Source of the DNA: Chloroflexota bacterium
Lineage (GTDB): Bacteria > Chloroflexota > Dehalococcoidia > Lucifugimonadales > Lucifugimonadaceae
NCBI GenBank assembly: GCA_029262735.1
Contig: JAJCYY010000013.1
Location: 4,108 to 68,107 of the forward strand
Length of the DNA: 64,000 nucleotides
Direction: 5' to 3'
Shown here: positions 45,424 through 55,584 of the stretch, piece after piece
Numbering within the stretch: the first letter of the stretch is position 1
Layout of the letters: each line of letters opens with the position of its first letter
Notes under the pieces: generated by a model
Told to the model about the DNA's origin: nothing
Seen by the model: the letters and a program-made list of their open reading frames with translations, nothing else
Database searches by the model: none
Translations under genes and position numbers: made by a program

Positions 45424-46842
45424 ATGCCCGTCAAATACACCGTCAAACGAAACTCTCTCTCGTCAAAGTGGGGCGTCTGGTCCACAGACACGACATCCAC
45501 CGTTGAGAAACAACTTGTTGAGCTAAAATCGAGCGAACAGGCAGATAAATACCTCGCACTGGCCGAGGCCGGTGAACCGCATGAGGTGATCATGGCTTCG
45601 TTGACCGCCAAGAAGCCAAAAAACGGCGGCGGTGGCCTTTTCGGGAAAATGTTCAAGCGCGGTGCAGCGCCAGCACAGGACGAGATTGCCGTTCTTCCTG
45701 TGAGCAACCCGGTGATCGAGATAGAGCCGGCCCGCAAGCAGGAAGATCAGCAAGAAGAGGCGGAGGTGGGCGAAACCACCCCGGAACCTGCGCCGGCTGT
45801 AGTTGCAGAGGCTCCCAGTCGGTTTCAGGTAATTGAGCAGGCGCCTGCGCCACCCACTGCCCCACCAACGCCAAAAATAACTCCTGTCGAAAAGAAGCCC
45901 ATCGAGGACATCGCCGTTGAGGCTGAGGTTGAGACTGAAGAAGCTCGGCCGGAGGGCGAGAGGATCAAGATGGTCGCCAACAAGGCGTCGCTCTCAACCG
46001 AGATCGAGTCAGCCTTCGGAGAAGAGAAGCCAGTTGACTCCTCAGTCCCGTTGGAGCCGGTAGTCCCGGTAGAGGCGACGGCCCCGATAGAGGCGACAGT
46101 CCCGGCGGAGCCGGAAAAATTGGCCGTCGAAGAAGAGAGCCAACCGGTTGCTGAGGTCGAAACTGTCGCCGCACCGGAGGAAATCATAACCCCGGAGCCT
46201 CCCGAACCGGTGGCACCGCCAATCGCTCAGCCTGAAGTGCCTACTGTCGTCACAGATGCTGTCATCCCCGAGCCTCCTGTGGCTGAGCCGCCAATGGAGC
46301 AGCCGGTTGGCCTTGCACCGGCCCCGGCACAGCCGCCTGTGGTCCCAAATGCCCCGGGCAAACCATCCGAGTCGCCGGCACGGGGAGAAAACGGTCTTCT
46401 AGTCGATTGGAGCTTCACGCCTCCACCTGATGTGACACCAGAGGAGCTTCGGGCTTCCGGCCAACAGCCTGCAATAAAACCCGCGCCATCAGCAGGCACA
46501 GAAGCCAAACCCGCCCGCAAAATCGACCCCGAGCTGTCGGAACCTGCGGCAGTGACGCCAAAGCAGCCGGTTGGCAAAAACCTCGATAGCGGCAAAGTCA
46601 GTGTCGAGATCTGCGTCTCCAAAGCTCTGAAGGATTCGGCGAGTGGGGATGCCAGTGTTTCTGACAAGAAATACAACTCCATCGCTTCGAAGGAGTACAC
46701 CGAGGTCAGCAAGGCGTTCGCTTCTGGCAACTCTCCGGACAACCTGCGAGAAGAGTTGACACACCTGGCGGCGGTCTGCATAGCGTGGGCCGATGCCATC
46801 GAAAAGCGCAAAGCGCAAAAGAAGAGGACCAACGCTGCCTGA
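45424..46842 (+). CDS. Hypothetical Pro/Glu/Ala/Val-rich protein divergent from ftsZ
   Basis: The ATG at 45424 gives about 472 aa. Layout: a roughly 60-aa ordered N-terminus, a roughly 330-aa low-complexity P/E/A/V region and a roughly 80-aa ordered C-terminus. The ORF track extends to 45319. Confidence 0.55.
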   Translation: MPVKYTVKRNSLSSKWGVWSTDTTSTVEKQLVELKSSEQADKYLALAEAGEPHEVIMASLTAKKPKNGGGGLFGKMFKRGAAPAQDEIAVLPVSNPVIEIEPARKQEDQQEEAEVGETTPEPAPAVVAEAPSRFQVIEQAPAPPTAPPTPKITPVEKKPIEDIAVEAEVETEEARPEGERIKMVANKASLSTEIESAFGEEKPVDSSVPLEPVVPVEATAPIEATVPAEPEKLAVEEESQPVAEVETVAAPEEIITPEPPEPVAPPIAQPEVPTVVTDAVIPEPPVAEPPMEQPVGLAPAPAQPPVVPNAPGKPSESPARGENGLLVDWSFTPPPDVTPEELRASGQQPAIKPAPSAGTEAKPARKIDPELSEPAAVTPKQPVGKNLDSGKVSVEICVSKALKDSASGDASVSDKKYNSIASKEYTEVSKAFASGNSPDNLREELTHLAAVCIAWADAIEKRKAQKKRTNAA

Positions 46843-46861
46843 GTTCCAGCAGGAGAGCCGA

Positions 46862-47377
46862 ATGTCACCAAGCCACGCCGACCGTGACGTGAACAGTAGC
46901 CGCATGCAACTGCATAGCGATATGGCTTCACCTGCCGACCGGGGCACGTCAGAGTTCGCTCAACAGGAAACAGTTTTCATCATTGGCAATCACGCGTTCT
47001 TCCAGGCCGTCAAAAGAGCGCTGGACGTTGCCGGTGGGTTCCATATTGTCGGCGCATTCAAGATGGATGACCTCGACACCAGCCTTCGTCGTAGCACCAT
47101 GCTGGGTCAGACTCCGAGCGTCGCCGTTATTCACGAACCTCCGGGTGAGCGAGTGTTGACGGACGATGCTGCGCACGGTGTTCTGAAGGTGTATCCATCG
47201 TGCGGAATTGTGCTCATCTCAGGTGGAGAGCTTGAGGCTGAGACGGAGCGCAAAATGGCTGTTCACGACTTCAACGCCATCGTGGTTCCTGAATCCGTCA
47301 TCAAGAATCCGAACGCGCTCGCAAAAGGCATGCATGCCGCCATCAACGAAGCGGGCACCGCTGAGCGAGTCGGTTAA
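46862..47377 (+). CDS. Hypothetical protein (possible receiver-like alpha/beta fold)
   Basis: ATG at 46862 preceded by AGGAG. The pattern VFIIGNH...FHIVGAF...VAVIHEPP...GIVLISG resembles alternating beta-strands of a CheY-like fold. This is a weak call. Confidence 0.4.
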   Translation: MSPSHADRDVNSSRMQLHSDMASPADRGTSEFAQQETVFIIGNHAFFQAVKRALDVAGGFHIVGAFKMDDLDTSLRRSTMLGQTPSVAVIHEPPGERVLTDDAAHGVLKVYPSCGIVLISGGELEAETERKMAVHDFNAIVVPESVIKNPNALAKGMHAAINEAGTAERVG

Positions 47378-47387
47378 GTACAGCCGG

Positions 47388-48473
47388 TTAGTCTAGTGGA
47401 ACGAACTTCAGACAGACCGGCATTGGACAGCGGATCTCTCGGCCCATCGGCGTCAGTTCGCCCGTCGCCGCGTCGACCTCAAACTGGATGATGTTGTCGC
47501 TGTCCTGATTCGCCGCGTAGAGATACTTGCCTTCCGGGTGGAAGCCGAAGTTGCGAGGCGTCTTGCCACCGGTGGACTGGTCGGCAACCGACTCGATGCT
47601 CCCGTCCGATTCGTCGATGCGGAAAATCGCAAGCGTATTGTGGCCACGGTTTGAGCCATACAGGAACTTCCCATCCGGGCTGACATGTACGTCAGCCGTC
47701 GTGTTGTCTCCCTGGTATCCCTCGGGCAGCGTCGATAACGAATTAATCTCCGTCAGCTTGCCGGAGGCGGCATCGTAGTTGTATGCGGTCACCGTGCAGC
47801 CCAATTCGTTGATCGCGTAGGCGTAGCGGCCATTCGGGTGGAAATCGAGGTGACGGGGTCCCGCCCCAGGCGCAGACGTAACCGACGACTCCTGGCTGAA
47901 CTTCAGCTTGCCGGCCTCAAGGTCCATCTCGTAGACACGAATCTGGTCGAGCCCCAGGTCGTTGATGACGGCGAACCGGTTGTCCGGAGATAGATTGGCC
48001 GAATGAGCGTGCGCCTTTTCCTGGCGCTGTGGATTCACCTTCGTCCCGCCATAGTGCTGGATAAAGTGAGAACTCCGCCCAAGCGAACCGTCCTCGGCAA
48101 TTGGGAGCATGCAGACGCTGCCGCCGTTGTAGTTTGCCACGACAGCGTACTTACCGGTCGCATCTATCGAGACATGACAGGGTCCTGGCCCGCCGGTCGA
48201 CTGGTGATTGATCCGGCTGAGGGCGCCCGAGGAATGGTCGATTGAGTAAGCGGTGAGCGCGCCACCGGGAACCCCAGACGACTCCGCCACCTCGTTAACT
48301 GCATACAGGAATTTCCTGTTCGGATGGATCGCCAGGAAAGATGGATTTATGATCCCATCTTCAAAGTTGACCTGCGTCATTCCGCCAGTCTCACCGTCCA
48401 TACGGAATGCGTAGATGCCTTTGCTTGCGCCAGCACTCGTATACGTTCCGACAAACATCAGCCAATCCGACAT
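47388..48473 (-). CDS. Lactonase, 7-bladed beta-propeller (6-phosphogluconolactonase YbhE/Pgl-like)
   Basis: 361 aa. GIYAFRMD start. Repeated HP.G.(F/Y)(L/A)Y..NE... blades and GAGPRH. Confidence 0.75.
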   Translation of the reverse strand: MSDWLMFVGTYTSAGASKGIYAFRMDGETGGMTQVNFEDGIINPSFLAIHPNRKFLYAVNEVAESSGVPGGALTAYSIDHSSGALSRINHQSTGGPGPCHVSIDATGKYAVVANYNGGSVCMLPIAEDGSLGRSSHFIQHYGGTKVNPQRQEKAHAHSANLSPDNRFAVINDLGLDQIRVYEMDLEAGKLKFSQESSVTSAPGAGPRHLDFHPNGRYAYAINELGCTVTAYNYDAASGKLTEINSLSTLPEGYQGDNTTADVHVSPDGKFLYGSNRGHNTLAIFRIDESDGSIESVADQSTGGKTPRNFGFHPEGKYLYAANQDSDNIIQFEVDAATGELTPMGREIRCPMPVCLKFVPLD

Positions 48474-48666
48474 TGCGGCCTCCAGTGTTTGGAGCAGGTC
48501 TGCAGGTAGTAGAGCGACCGTGATTGAATTGCGTGGCCGACCATTGGACCGTCCAATTCAAGACATTGCCCTGAGAGTGATGGCCGCTACACTACCACCG
48601 CGCAGCAACCCTGTGTGCACCACCTCATCGGAAATCCGGTCACGACGATAGATAACGGAGCAGCAA

Positions 48667-49809
48667 TTGGCAGATATCAGGGCGTCTGTACGCACAAAGA
48701 TCACCGACGTGAAGTCTGTCCAGCTCAGAGTCGTCAAGAGCGTTGGCGAGATTACGCCTGCTTGGAGCCCCGACCGTCCGATGCCGGTTCAGATCGGCGG
48801 AGGCTCCTACGTTGAGATCCACACTGACCAGGGACTCGTCGGCATCGGTCCCGCGGTAAGCAGCGAACTGATCCCGGCGATCAAGGAGTACCTGGTTGGG
48901 AAAGATCCGTTTGACGTCGAACAGCACGCGCACGCGCTCCGCTACTACGTTCGAGGCACGCCGTACTCGGGAACCGCGGGCGTCGATATCGCTCTCTGGG
49001 ACCTGATCGGGAAGTTGTGCGAGCAGCCGCTCTACAAGCTGTGGGGCGGTGGCAAAGATCGCGTGATGCCGTATGCGAGCACGATATTGCTTTCGACGCC
49101 CGAGGAGCGGGCTGAGTTCGCGTCTGCTCGAGCAGATGAGGGCTGGAAGGCGATCAAACTACGTATTCATCATGAGACGATGGCCGAAGACCTGCGGACG
49201 GTCGAGATGGTGATAGATGCTGTTGGCGACCGCATGGACGTGGCGGTGGACGCAAACCAGGCACAGTCGAGCGGTACGTGGCAGCCGGGAGTGATCTGGG
49301 ACTTTCGGAGGGCGATGGACACAGCGATCGAGCTGGATCAGATGGGGGCGTACTGGCTGGAGGAGCCGCTCCCCCGGCACCAGTTCGACAAGATCATCGT
49401 GATGTGCCAGAAAGTGGAGATGCCAATCGCTGGCGGCGAGAACAATCGCGGCCTCCACGAGTTCGTAGATATGGTGACAAACGGCGTCTACGATCTGCTG
49501 CAGCCTGAGAGCATGGTGATGGACGGCGTGACGGCGCTGCGCAAGGTCGGGACGCTGGCTGAACTGTGGGGCAAGCAGATTGTGCCGCACCACGGAGGAG
49601 GCAACATCGGCGTGATTGCACATCTGCACCTCGTGGCCTCGTGGCCAAACGCGCCGTACCTGGAGCTACTGCACGACCCGCCGATCGGCGACTACCGACA
49701 CAAGTTCGCAATGATGGCCAACGCGCCAGAGGTCAAAGACGGCTGGATAGAGGTGCCGCAAGGCCCAGGACTGGGTGTGGAGATCGACAAGAGCATGGTG
49801 GCGGGGTAG
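48667..49809 (+). CDS. Enolase-superfamily enzyme (mandelate racemase/muconate lactonizing family; sugar-acid dehydratase-like)
   Basis: 380 aa. Metal-ligand context VAVDANQA, WLEEPL, IAGGEN and catalytic HHGG. Confidence 0.8.
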   Translation: MADIRASVRTKITDVKSVQLRVVKSVGEITPAWSPDRPMPVQIGGGSYVEIHTDQGLVGIGPAVSSELIPAIKEYLVGKDPFDVEQHAHALRYYVRGTPYSGTAGVDIALWDLIGKLCEQPLYKLWGGGKDRVMPYASTILLSTPEERAEFASARADEGWKAIKLRIHHETMAEDLRTVEMVIDAVGDRMDVAVDANQAQSSGTWQPGVIWDFRRAMDTAIELDQMGAYWLEEPLPRHQFDKIIVMCQKVEMPIAGGENNRGLHEFVDMVTNGVYDLLQPESMVMDGVTALRKVGTLAELWGKQIVPHHGGGNIGVIAHLHLVASWPNAPYLELLHDPPIGDYRHKFAMMANAPEVKDGWIEVPQGPGLGVEIDKSMVAG

Positions 49810-49897
49810 AGGACGGAGCCGTTCAACTTGTCACCCTGAGCGAGGACGCGTCATCCCGCGGTCGGAATGACAAACCAAGGGCTTCCCAGCCAACCCC

Positions 49898-51043
49898 TTA
49901 CGGCCGCACTATCGTCCTTGCTACCTCGCCTGAGAGCATGTCCTCGAAGGCCTCGTTTATCTCGTCGAGCGGCCGGAACCGGGACTGCAACTCGTCCAGC
50001 TTCAGACGGCCCTGGCGGTACATCTCGATAAACCACGGGAAGTCCACTCTTGGGCTTCCGGTCCCGGCAGACGAGCCGATCAGACGGCGGTCACGGAAAA
50101 GCAGCTCCATAGGGACACTGACCTCGCCACCGGATGGCGGAACTCCAACCATGCAGGCGGTGCCTCCAGGGCAGGTCGCGTCGAATGCCTGCCGCAGAGT
50201 CGACGGATTGCCGATCACCTCAAAGGTGTAGTCGGCGCCGCCGCCGGTCAGGTCCATCACCGCTTCCACAGGGTCGTTTTTCGATGCGTCAACGGTGTCT
50301 GTTGCCCCGAACTGCTTCGCAAACGTGAGTTTCGACTCGGCTATGTCGATGGCGATGATCTTCGTCGCGCCGGCTATCGCCGCGCCCTGAATCACGTTCA
50401 AGCCCACGCCGCCACATCCCCAGACGGCGACCGCCGAGCCGGCCTTGACCTGTGCTGTGTTGACCACTGCGCCTACCCCGGTTACCACGGCACAGCCAAG
50501 CGAAGCCAGTCTCTCTATCGGAACGTCGTTTCTAACCTTCACGAGATTCCACTCGGCAACGACTGTGTGTTGCGAGAACGCCGCGAGAGCATGACTCATG
50601 TAGAGGACAGTGCCGTCCAGCTTCTTAAATCGCGTAGTTCCGTCGACCATATGGCCGCGCTTCGCCTGTATTCCATCGCAGAGGTTCCATCGGCCCGTCG
50701 AGCAATACTTGCACTTACCGCACATAGGCCGGATGGTGAACACCACGTGATCACCAGGAGCGAAAGCCGTGACTCCCGGTCCGATCTCTTCAACGATTCC
50801 CGATGCCTCATGACCCATAACCGTCGGGGATAGCCTGGCGTTAATGTGTCCGTCCACCGCGTGGTAGTCGCTATGGCAAACCCCGGTGGCCGCAACCCTA
50901 ACCAGCACCTCGCCCGTCTTCGGACCTTGCAACTCGACATCTTCGACACTGATCGGCTGATTCGGTCCGTAAAAAATGGCTGAGCGTGTGCGCATTGTTC
51001 TCACCTGGTGGATTGACGACGTAGTCTGTTCGTTGTCGGCCAA
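49898..51043 (-). CDS. Zinc-dependent alcohol dehydrogenase (class III-like)
   Basis: 381 aa. GVCHSDYH, GHEASGIVEE, structural-zinc CGKCKYC and Rossmann VWGCGGVGL. Confidence 0.85.
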   Translation of the reverse strand: MADNEQTTSSIHQVRTMRTRSAIFYGPNQPISVEDVELQGPKTGEVLVRVAATGVCHSDYHAVDGHINARLSPTVMGHEASGIVEEIGPGVTAFAPGDHVVFTIRPMCGKCKYCSTGRWNLCDGIQAKRGHMVDGTTRFKKLDGTVLYMSHALAAFSQHTVVAEWNLVKVRNDVPIERLASLGCAVVTGVGAVVNTAQVKAGSAVAVWGCGGVGLNVIQGAAIAGATKIIAIDIAESKLTFAKQFGATDTVDASKNDPVEAVMDLTGGGADYTFEVIGNPSTLRQAFDATCPGGTACMVGVPPSGGEVSVPMELLFRDRRLIGSSAGTGSPRVDFPWFIEMYRQGRLKLDELQSRFRPLDEINEAFEDMLSGEVARTIVRP

Positions 51044-51153
51044 TTTGCGTATCAGAACTAGTGGCCGCGGCGAGATGATATACCGGGTTCCCAGGCGAAA
51101 ACACGATTCTTTGCGGCAACTCGGGCGATGAGGCAGCGATCAAGGAGAACACA

Positions 51154-52029
51154 GTGGCTGAGAAGATCCTGTTCGACACTGACATCGGCTCGGACATCGA
51201 TGACGCCGTCGCGCTGGCATGGCTGCTGGCGAATCCTGACTGCGATCTGGTCGGCATCACAACGGTGTCGGGTCAACCGGAGGTCCGGGCCAGGCTTGCA
51301 AGTGCGTTGTGCCATGTGGCAGGCAAGCGGGTGCCAATCGTGCCTGGCGCGGCTCGGCCGTTGCAGGTGGAGACGAGGCAGCCGATCGCGCAGCAGGCGC
51401 CGTCACTGGAACGGTGGGCTCACGACGAAACGTTCATCTCAGAGGACGCTATCGACTTCATGGCTGACCTGATCGATCGCAATCCCGGCGAGATCACGTT
51501 GCTGGCTGTCGGGCCGATGACAAACGTTGCGAAGCTGTTTGAGCACAGCCCCGAGGTGCCGATGCAGCTGAAACAGGTGGTGCTCATGTGCGGCCGATTC
51601 GGACAGGAGCAACTTGGCAGCAGACCGTCTGAGTGGAACGTCTACTGCGATCCGCACGCCGCAGACATTGTGCTGAACACCGAGACCCGCCGGACCCGAG
51701 CGCACGGACTGGACGTGACGATGCAGGTCCAGATGGATGCCGGTGAGGTCCGCAGCAGGTTTGACGCACCACTGCTTCATCCGGTGCTGGACATGGCGGA
51801 AGAGTGGTTCAACCGCAGGCCACTGATCACTTTTCATGACCCGCTTGCAGCGATCGCAACGTTTGACGAGGAGGTCTGCGTCTATGAGCGAGGATCCGCG
51901 AACGTTTGCACAGACAGTGGCGCTGACCAGGGATTGACCGAGTGGCAGTCTGGCCGGAGCGGGAACCTCGAGATCGGAACCGCGGTCGATGCGAACCGCT
52001 TCTTCGAACGCTACTTCGAGATGTTTTAA
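51154..52029 (+). CDS. Nucleoside hydrolase (IUNH family)
   Basis: 291 aa. N-terminal DTDIGSDIDDAVAL matches the DxDxxxDD signature. Confidence 0.8.
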   Translation: MAEKILFDTDIGSDIDDAVALAWLLANPDCDLVGITTVSGQPEVRARLASALCHVAGKRVPIVPGAARPLQVETRQPIAQQAPSLERWAHDETFISEDAIDFMADLIDRNPGEITLLAVGPMTNVAKLFEHSPEVPMQLKQVVLMCGRFGQEQLGSRPSEWNVYCDPHAADIVLNTETRRTRAHGLDVTMQVQMDAGEVRSRFDAPLLHPVLDMAEEWFNRRPLITFHDPLAAIATFDEEVCVYERGSANVCTDSGADQGLTEWQSGRSGNLEIGTAVDANRFFERYFEMF

Positions 52030-52250
52030 TCCGAGACCAGTCTCGCCTTAGCGGACGTGGGCAGGCCGGGGGGACACCAGACCCGTTCATCGCCAAACGT
52101 GTTTTCCGAGTTCGCCGATTGGTGATACAGCGAGTATTCTAGCCCCGCTCATACCACCGGATGCCACGGCGGTCGTTTGTTGGCCGTTGCTCGGTTACTC
52201 ACGTCCGACCAGCTGGCGTGAGACCGGCTGATTGACCTAGATTCGGAGTT

Positions 52251-53297
52251 GTGACCGTGCGAGTTGTTCAGTTCGTTAACCCGGGAAAGGGCAGGCGGGT
52301 CGGAGTTGTCGAGGACGAATCGGTTGCGGACATAACGTCTGTGTCGCCTGCTTTGCAGAGTGTCTATGACGTTGCGCAATCGGCTTTCGAGAACGGGAGT
52401 TCCTTTGAGCAGGAACTGTCGTCGAACCTGCCCAACGCTGTCCGCTTGCCGTATGCAGAGCTGCTTTCAGCGAAGATCGGCGGCGAATCGCCTTACTTGA
52501 TCTCACCAGTGGCGCATGCAGATCCGCACCGCGTACTTGTTTCTGGGACAGGACTCACGCACACCGGCTCAATGAAGTCCCGCGACCAGATGCACTCATC
52601 CGACAGCGAAGAGTCGGCCGAGCCGCAGAGCGATTCAGCGAAGATGTTCCAGATGGGTCTCGATGGCGGCAAGCCTCCGGCGGGCACCCGCGGCACATCA
52701 CCTGAGTGGTTCTACAAAGGGGACGGCACCGCCATAAAAGGACCGGGCGACGCGCTGGAGCTACCTGCATTCGCACTTGATGGCGGCGAAGAACCGGAGC
52801 TTGCAGCCTGCTACCTGGTCGACCCCGATGGAGCACCTCGGAGGCTCGGATTCGCCCTCGGTAATGAATGGTCGGACCACGAAACCGAACGGATTAATTA
52901 CCTGTATCTTGCGCCGTCGAAACTGCGTGAGTGTGCAGTCGGACCAGAGCTCGTGACGGGATTCGACTTCATGGAGCTCGAGTTGACCTGCATAGTCCGA
53001 CGCAACGGAGAGGTGATCTACGACTCTGGCGCGCTGTTCACCGGTGAGAACTACATGAGCCATACGCTTGCGAACTGTGAAGATCACCACTTCAAGTACC
53101 CTCAGCACAGGATTCCCGGCGACGCCCATGTCCACTTCTTCGGCACCAGCCAGCTGTCTTTCAGCAGCCGTGATTGGAAGTTCCAGGCTGGGGACGAGAT
53201 AGAGGTAGCATCAACGGGGTTCTCCGAGACGCTTCGCAACTATGTCGCAAACGGCGCACCGGATGCGGGACGAGTCATTCCCGTCACCAACGCATAA
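52251..53297 (+). CDS. FAH-superfamily protein, GguC/AraD1-like (putative 2-keto-3-deoxy sugar-acid dehydratase)
   Basis: 348 aa. The N-terminal VRVVQFVNPGKGRRVGVV pattern and overall length resemble the AraD1/GguC family as I recall it. Not verified. Confidence 0.45.
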   Translation: MTVRVVQFVNPGKGRRVGVVEDESVADITSVSPALQSVYDVAQSAFENGSSFEQELSSNLPNAVRLPYAELLSAKIGGESPYLISPVAHADPHRVLVSGTGLTHTGSMKSRDQMHSSDSEESAEPQSDSAKMFQMGLDGGKPPAGTRGTSPEWFYKGDGTAIKGPGDALELPAFALDGGEEPELAACYLVDPDGAPRRLGFALGNEWSDHETERINYLYLAPSKLRECAVGPELVTGFDFMELELTCIVRRNGEVIYDSGALFTGENYMSHTLANCEDHHFKYPQHRIPGDAHVHFFGTSQLSFSSRDWKFQAGDEIEVASTGFSETLRNYVANGAPDAGRVIPVTNA

Positions 53298-53334
53298 AAA
53301 AGATGGAACCCTGAGAGCCAAAGGATAACGACAA

Positions 53335-53655
53335 ATGGAGCCTGTGATTAGAAATGTTTCCGGCAGTACGAACCCACTGCTCGGTCCTGCCGACGGATCG
53401 GCTACTTCCGTACTGCTTATGGTTCGGCATGAGCCCGGCGAATCGAGTCCTGATCATGTACACCCATGGGAGCACATGGCCTTCATCACCGAAGGCTCAG
53501 GTGTGCTGACGGTTGAGGACAACCAGTATCCGGTAAAGACCGGGGATGCCGTGCTTGTTCCGGGAGGAGCCAGGCACCAGTTCACAAATACTGGCGATGT
53601 CACTCTGAGCCGGGTAACCGTGAACCCGCTGGAGTCGGTGCAAGGCGGAAGCTGA
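53335..53655 (+). CDS. Cupin domain protein
   Basis: 106 aa. Cupin motifs HVHPWEH...F and GDAVLVPGGARHQFTN. Confidence 0.75.
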   Translation: MEPVIRNVSGSTNPLLGPADGSATSVLLMVRHEPGESSPDHVHPWEHMAFITEGSGVLTVEDNQYPVKTGDAVLVPGGARHQFTNTGDVTLSRVTVNPLESVQGGS

Positions 53656-53690
53656 AATCCGGCCGTCAGGACCGCTGACCGTCTCGACAG

Positions 53691-53728
53691 ATGAGAACAG
53701 GGTGCTCGTACGAGTATCCCGTTCTCAT
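53691..53728. terminator. Long hairpin between convergent genes (possible terminator, no clear U-tract)
   Basis: ATGAGAAC(A)GGG ... TCCCGTTCTCAT: a stem of about 11 bp with one bulge and a 14-nt loop. Confidence 0.35.
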
Positions 53729-53753
53729 ATCAGTCGATGCAGCAGCCGTACGA

Positions 53754-54908
53754 CTAGCACCTGCTGATATTTGAGCTCACAGACATTATTGAGCCTGCAG
53801 GTTCGAACACCCACCAGGACTCGACGCTCTCCGATGTTGGAGCCGAAATCTGCCAGAGACCTCCACCGAGGTACACCGGCTCGATGATCATATCGTTGTA
53901 GATGTCGCGGCATGTGAACTCGAAACGCCTGCGGAGTGCATCGTTTCGGCCATAGATATTGCTCGGCCGCTCATCCATCCGTTCAAACATGATCGCCAGT
54001 ACTTCCTCACTTGTGAGCATGTTCGTCTCATCATGAGGTTTGAAGGATCCGGTTACGGTGTTGACCATCGTTCTTACGCTTGGACCGAAGTTCCAGTCGA
54101 ACGCCGGAACCTCCGTTGAAACCTGGACCTGCAAATCACCCCATGCGTACCAGTGCACGAAGTTCAAGTACTGTTCGCCATTCTTCTCACCACCGAACTG
54201 GTATTCCCAGGCAGTGTTGAACTTTATTGCGCCTGCTGAAGTATTGGACCAAACATCCCAACCAGAAGGGCGATCGGGAAAGTTTGCGACTCCGTACGAG
54301 ATGATGTTCTGGTAGCGCCATCTTTCAAACGGCTGTTCCGTGATAGTCACACTGATTTTGCCCGAAGGATCGGACAACACCATTGATGAATCGGTCAGGC
54401 GCTCCGACCATCCTGGTGGAAGATTGAACTGGTAGTTTAGAAGTGACTGAAATTGGCCCTCTGCGGCACCCGTGACCGTAGGAACAATGAAAGGTGTAGC
54501 TGTTGGTGCCGGGAGAACCGTTGACAGTGGTCTCGGCGTCCACAATGGAGTAGGCGTTGCGTTCCTGTCAATCCTGATCGGAGTGGCAACCGGTTGCCGG
54601 GTGGCGACAGGTCCCGGTGAAGGAACGGTTTCGACTGGCCGGGGAGCGACAGTTGGCGCAGGTTGTCGAGTCGAAATGGGTTGTCTAGTTGGCGCAGGTA
54701 GAACTCTCGTCACCACGGTTGCAGTCGGGGCTGGTTGAATTGAGTCCAGGCGAGTCACGGTTGCAGGCTGACGAGTCGCAATTCCTGAACCGGTGTCGCT
54801 CGCTCCTGTACGTGCAGGATCAGTTGCACTCACGCTCTCCGAGCAGGCCACAGCCGCAATTGCAACTAAAAACATCGACGCCAGGATTTTTGCTTTCATC
54901 AGAGCCAA
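53754..54908 (-). CDS. Secreted lipoprotein with a Pro/Thr-rich repeat linker, function unknown
   Basis: 384 aa. Signal peptide plus lipobox (AIAAVAC). The linker has reiterated TRQP(A/V/I) and PAPTAT units. Globular C-terminal domain of about 240 aa. Confidence 0.6.
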   Translation of the reverse strand: MALMKAKILASMFLVAIAAVACSESVSATDPARTGASDTGSGIATRQPATVTRLDSIQPAPTATVVTRVLPAPTRQPISTRQPAPTVAPRPVETVPSPGPVATRQPVATPIRIDRNATPTPLWTPRPLSTVLPAPTATPFIVPTVTGAAEGQFQSLLNYQFNLPPGWSERLTDSSMVLSDPSGKISVTITEQPFERWRYQNIISYGVANFPDRPSGWDVWSNTSAGAIKFNTAWEYQFGGEKNGEQYLNFVHWYAWGDLQVQVSTEVPAFDWNFGPSVRTMVNTVTGSFKPHDETNMLTSEEVLAIMFERMDERPSNIYGRNDALRRRFEFTCRDIYNDMIIEPVYLGGGLWQISAPTSESVESWWVFEPAGSIMSVSSNISRC

Positions 54909-55584
54909 CCGTCCATAGTCTTAGTGCTGAGTCAGGCTACAACGGAACGTTTTAACGATATGACGCTTGCCCTGCAAGCCATCGGCCTGTGGTATCGCTC
55001 GATGGCACACTGCCACTAGTACCAGGCCACACGTCCGCTCGATCTAGATTGCGCTGTGTCGGTAGGTGTTACGTGTGCAAGAGGGTTGAACAGGCGGTGA
55101 GACGAGTTGGAGATCGGGTGGAAAAGGTGTGGCAGCGTGTGAAAAAAGATCGGCGGCTCTTAGGGTGCACACGAGAACCGGGTAATTTGTCGATCCCTGC
55201 CGGTTTCTGGCGGAGCACCGTGTACCTGACGCAAACTGACTACGCCGCTGTCAGAGTGGTCGCGCGAATCGATCCCGCTGTGCGTTCATAGGATGGCGTA
55301 CAACATCCGCTTCTTCGCCCGCGATCTTCAGCAGCGCAAAAGTACTGATGTCGCAGCCTCGATCTTTTCGGCCTCATTGACCGCGGGGTCGAGCCGGCGA
55401 CCGAAAACGGGCTCGCGGAGCACAGATGAATTCTTATCTATGTGTCTCGGCACTGCTAGTGAAAAACAAACCGCTCGGGCCGTTCTGTGGCTCGCCGGTG
55501 TCGATCAAAGGCACGGAGGTAAAGATCACTCTGAAGACGACGGCTCCCGGAACTACGATCTTGAGATGTTCCTAAAAACAACTG

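Noticed and set aside
54909-55584. A 675-bp gap with two plus-strand ORFs (54989..55291 and 55293..55703).
   Set aside because: Both are Arg-rich with no RBS or motifs, and the second overlaps the better-supported minus-strand gene at 55585..56172. I left the gap unannotated. A short minus-strand fragment (…VNEAEKIEAATSVLLRC) hints at a gene remnant but is too short to call.
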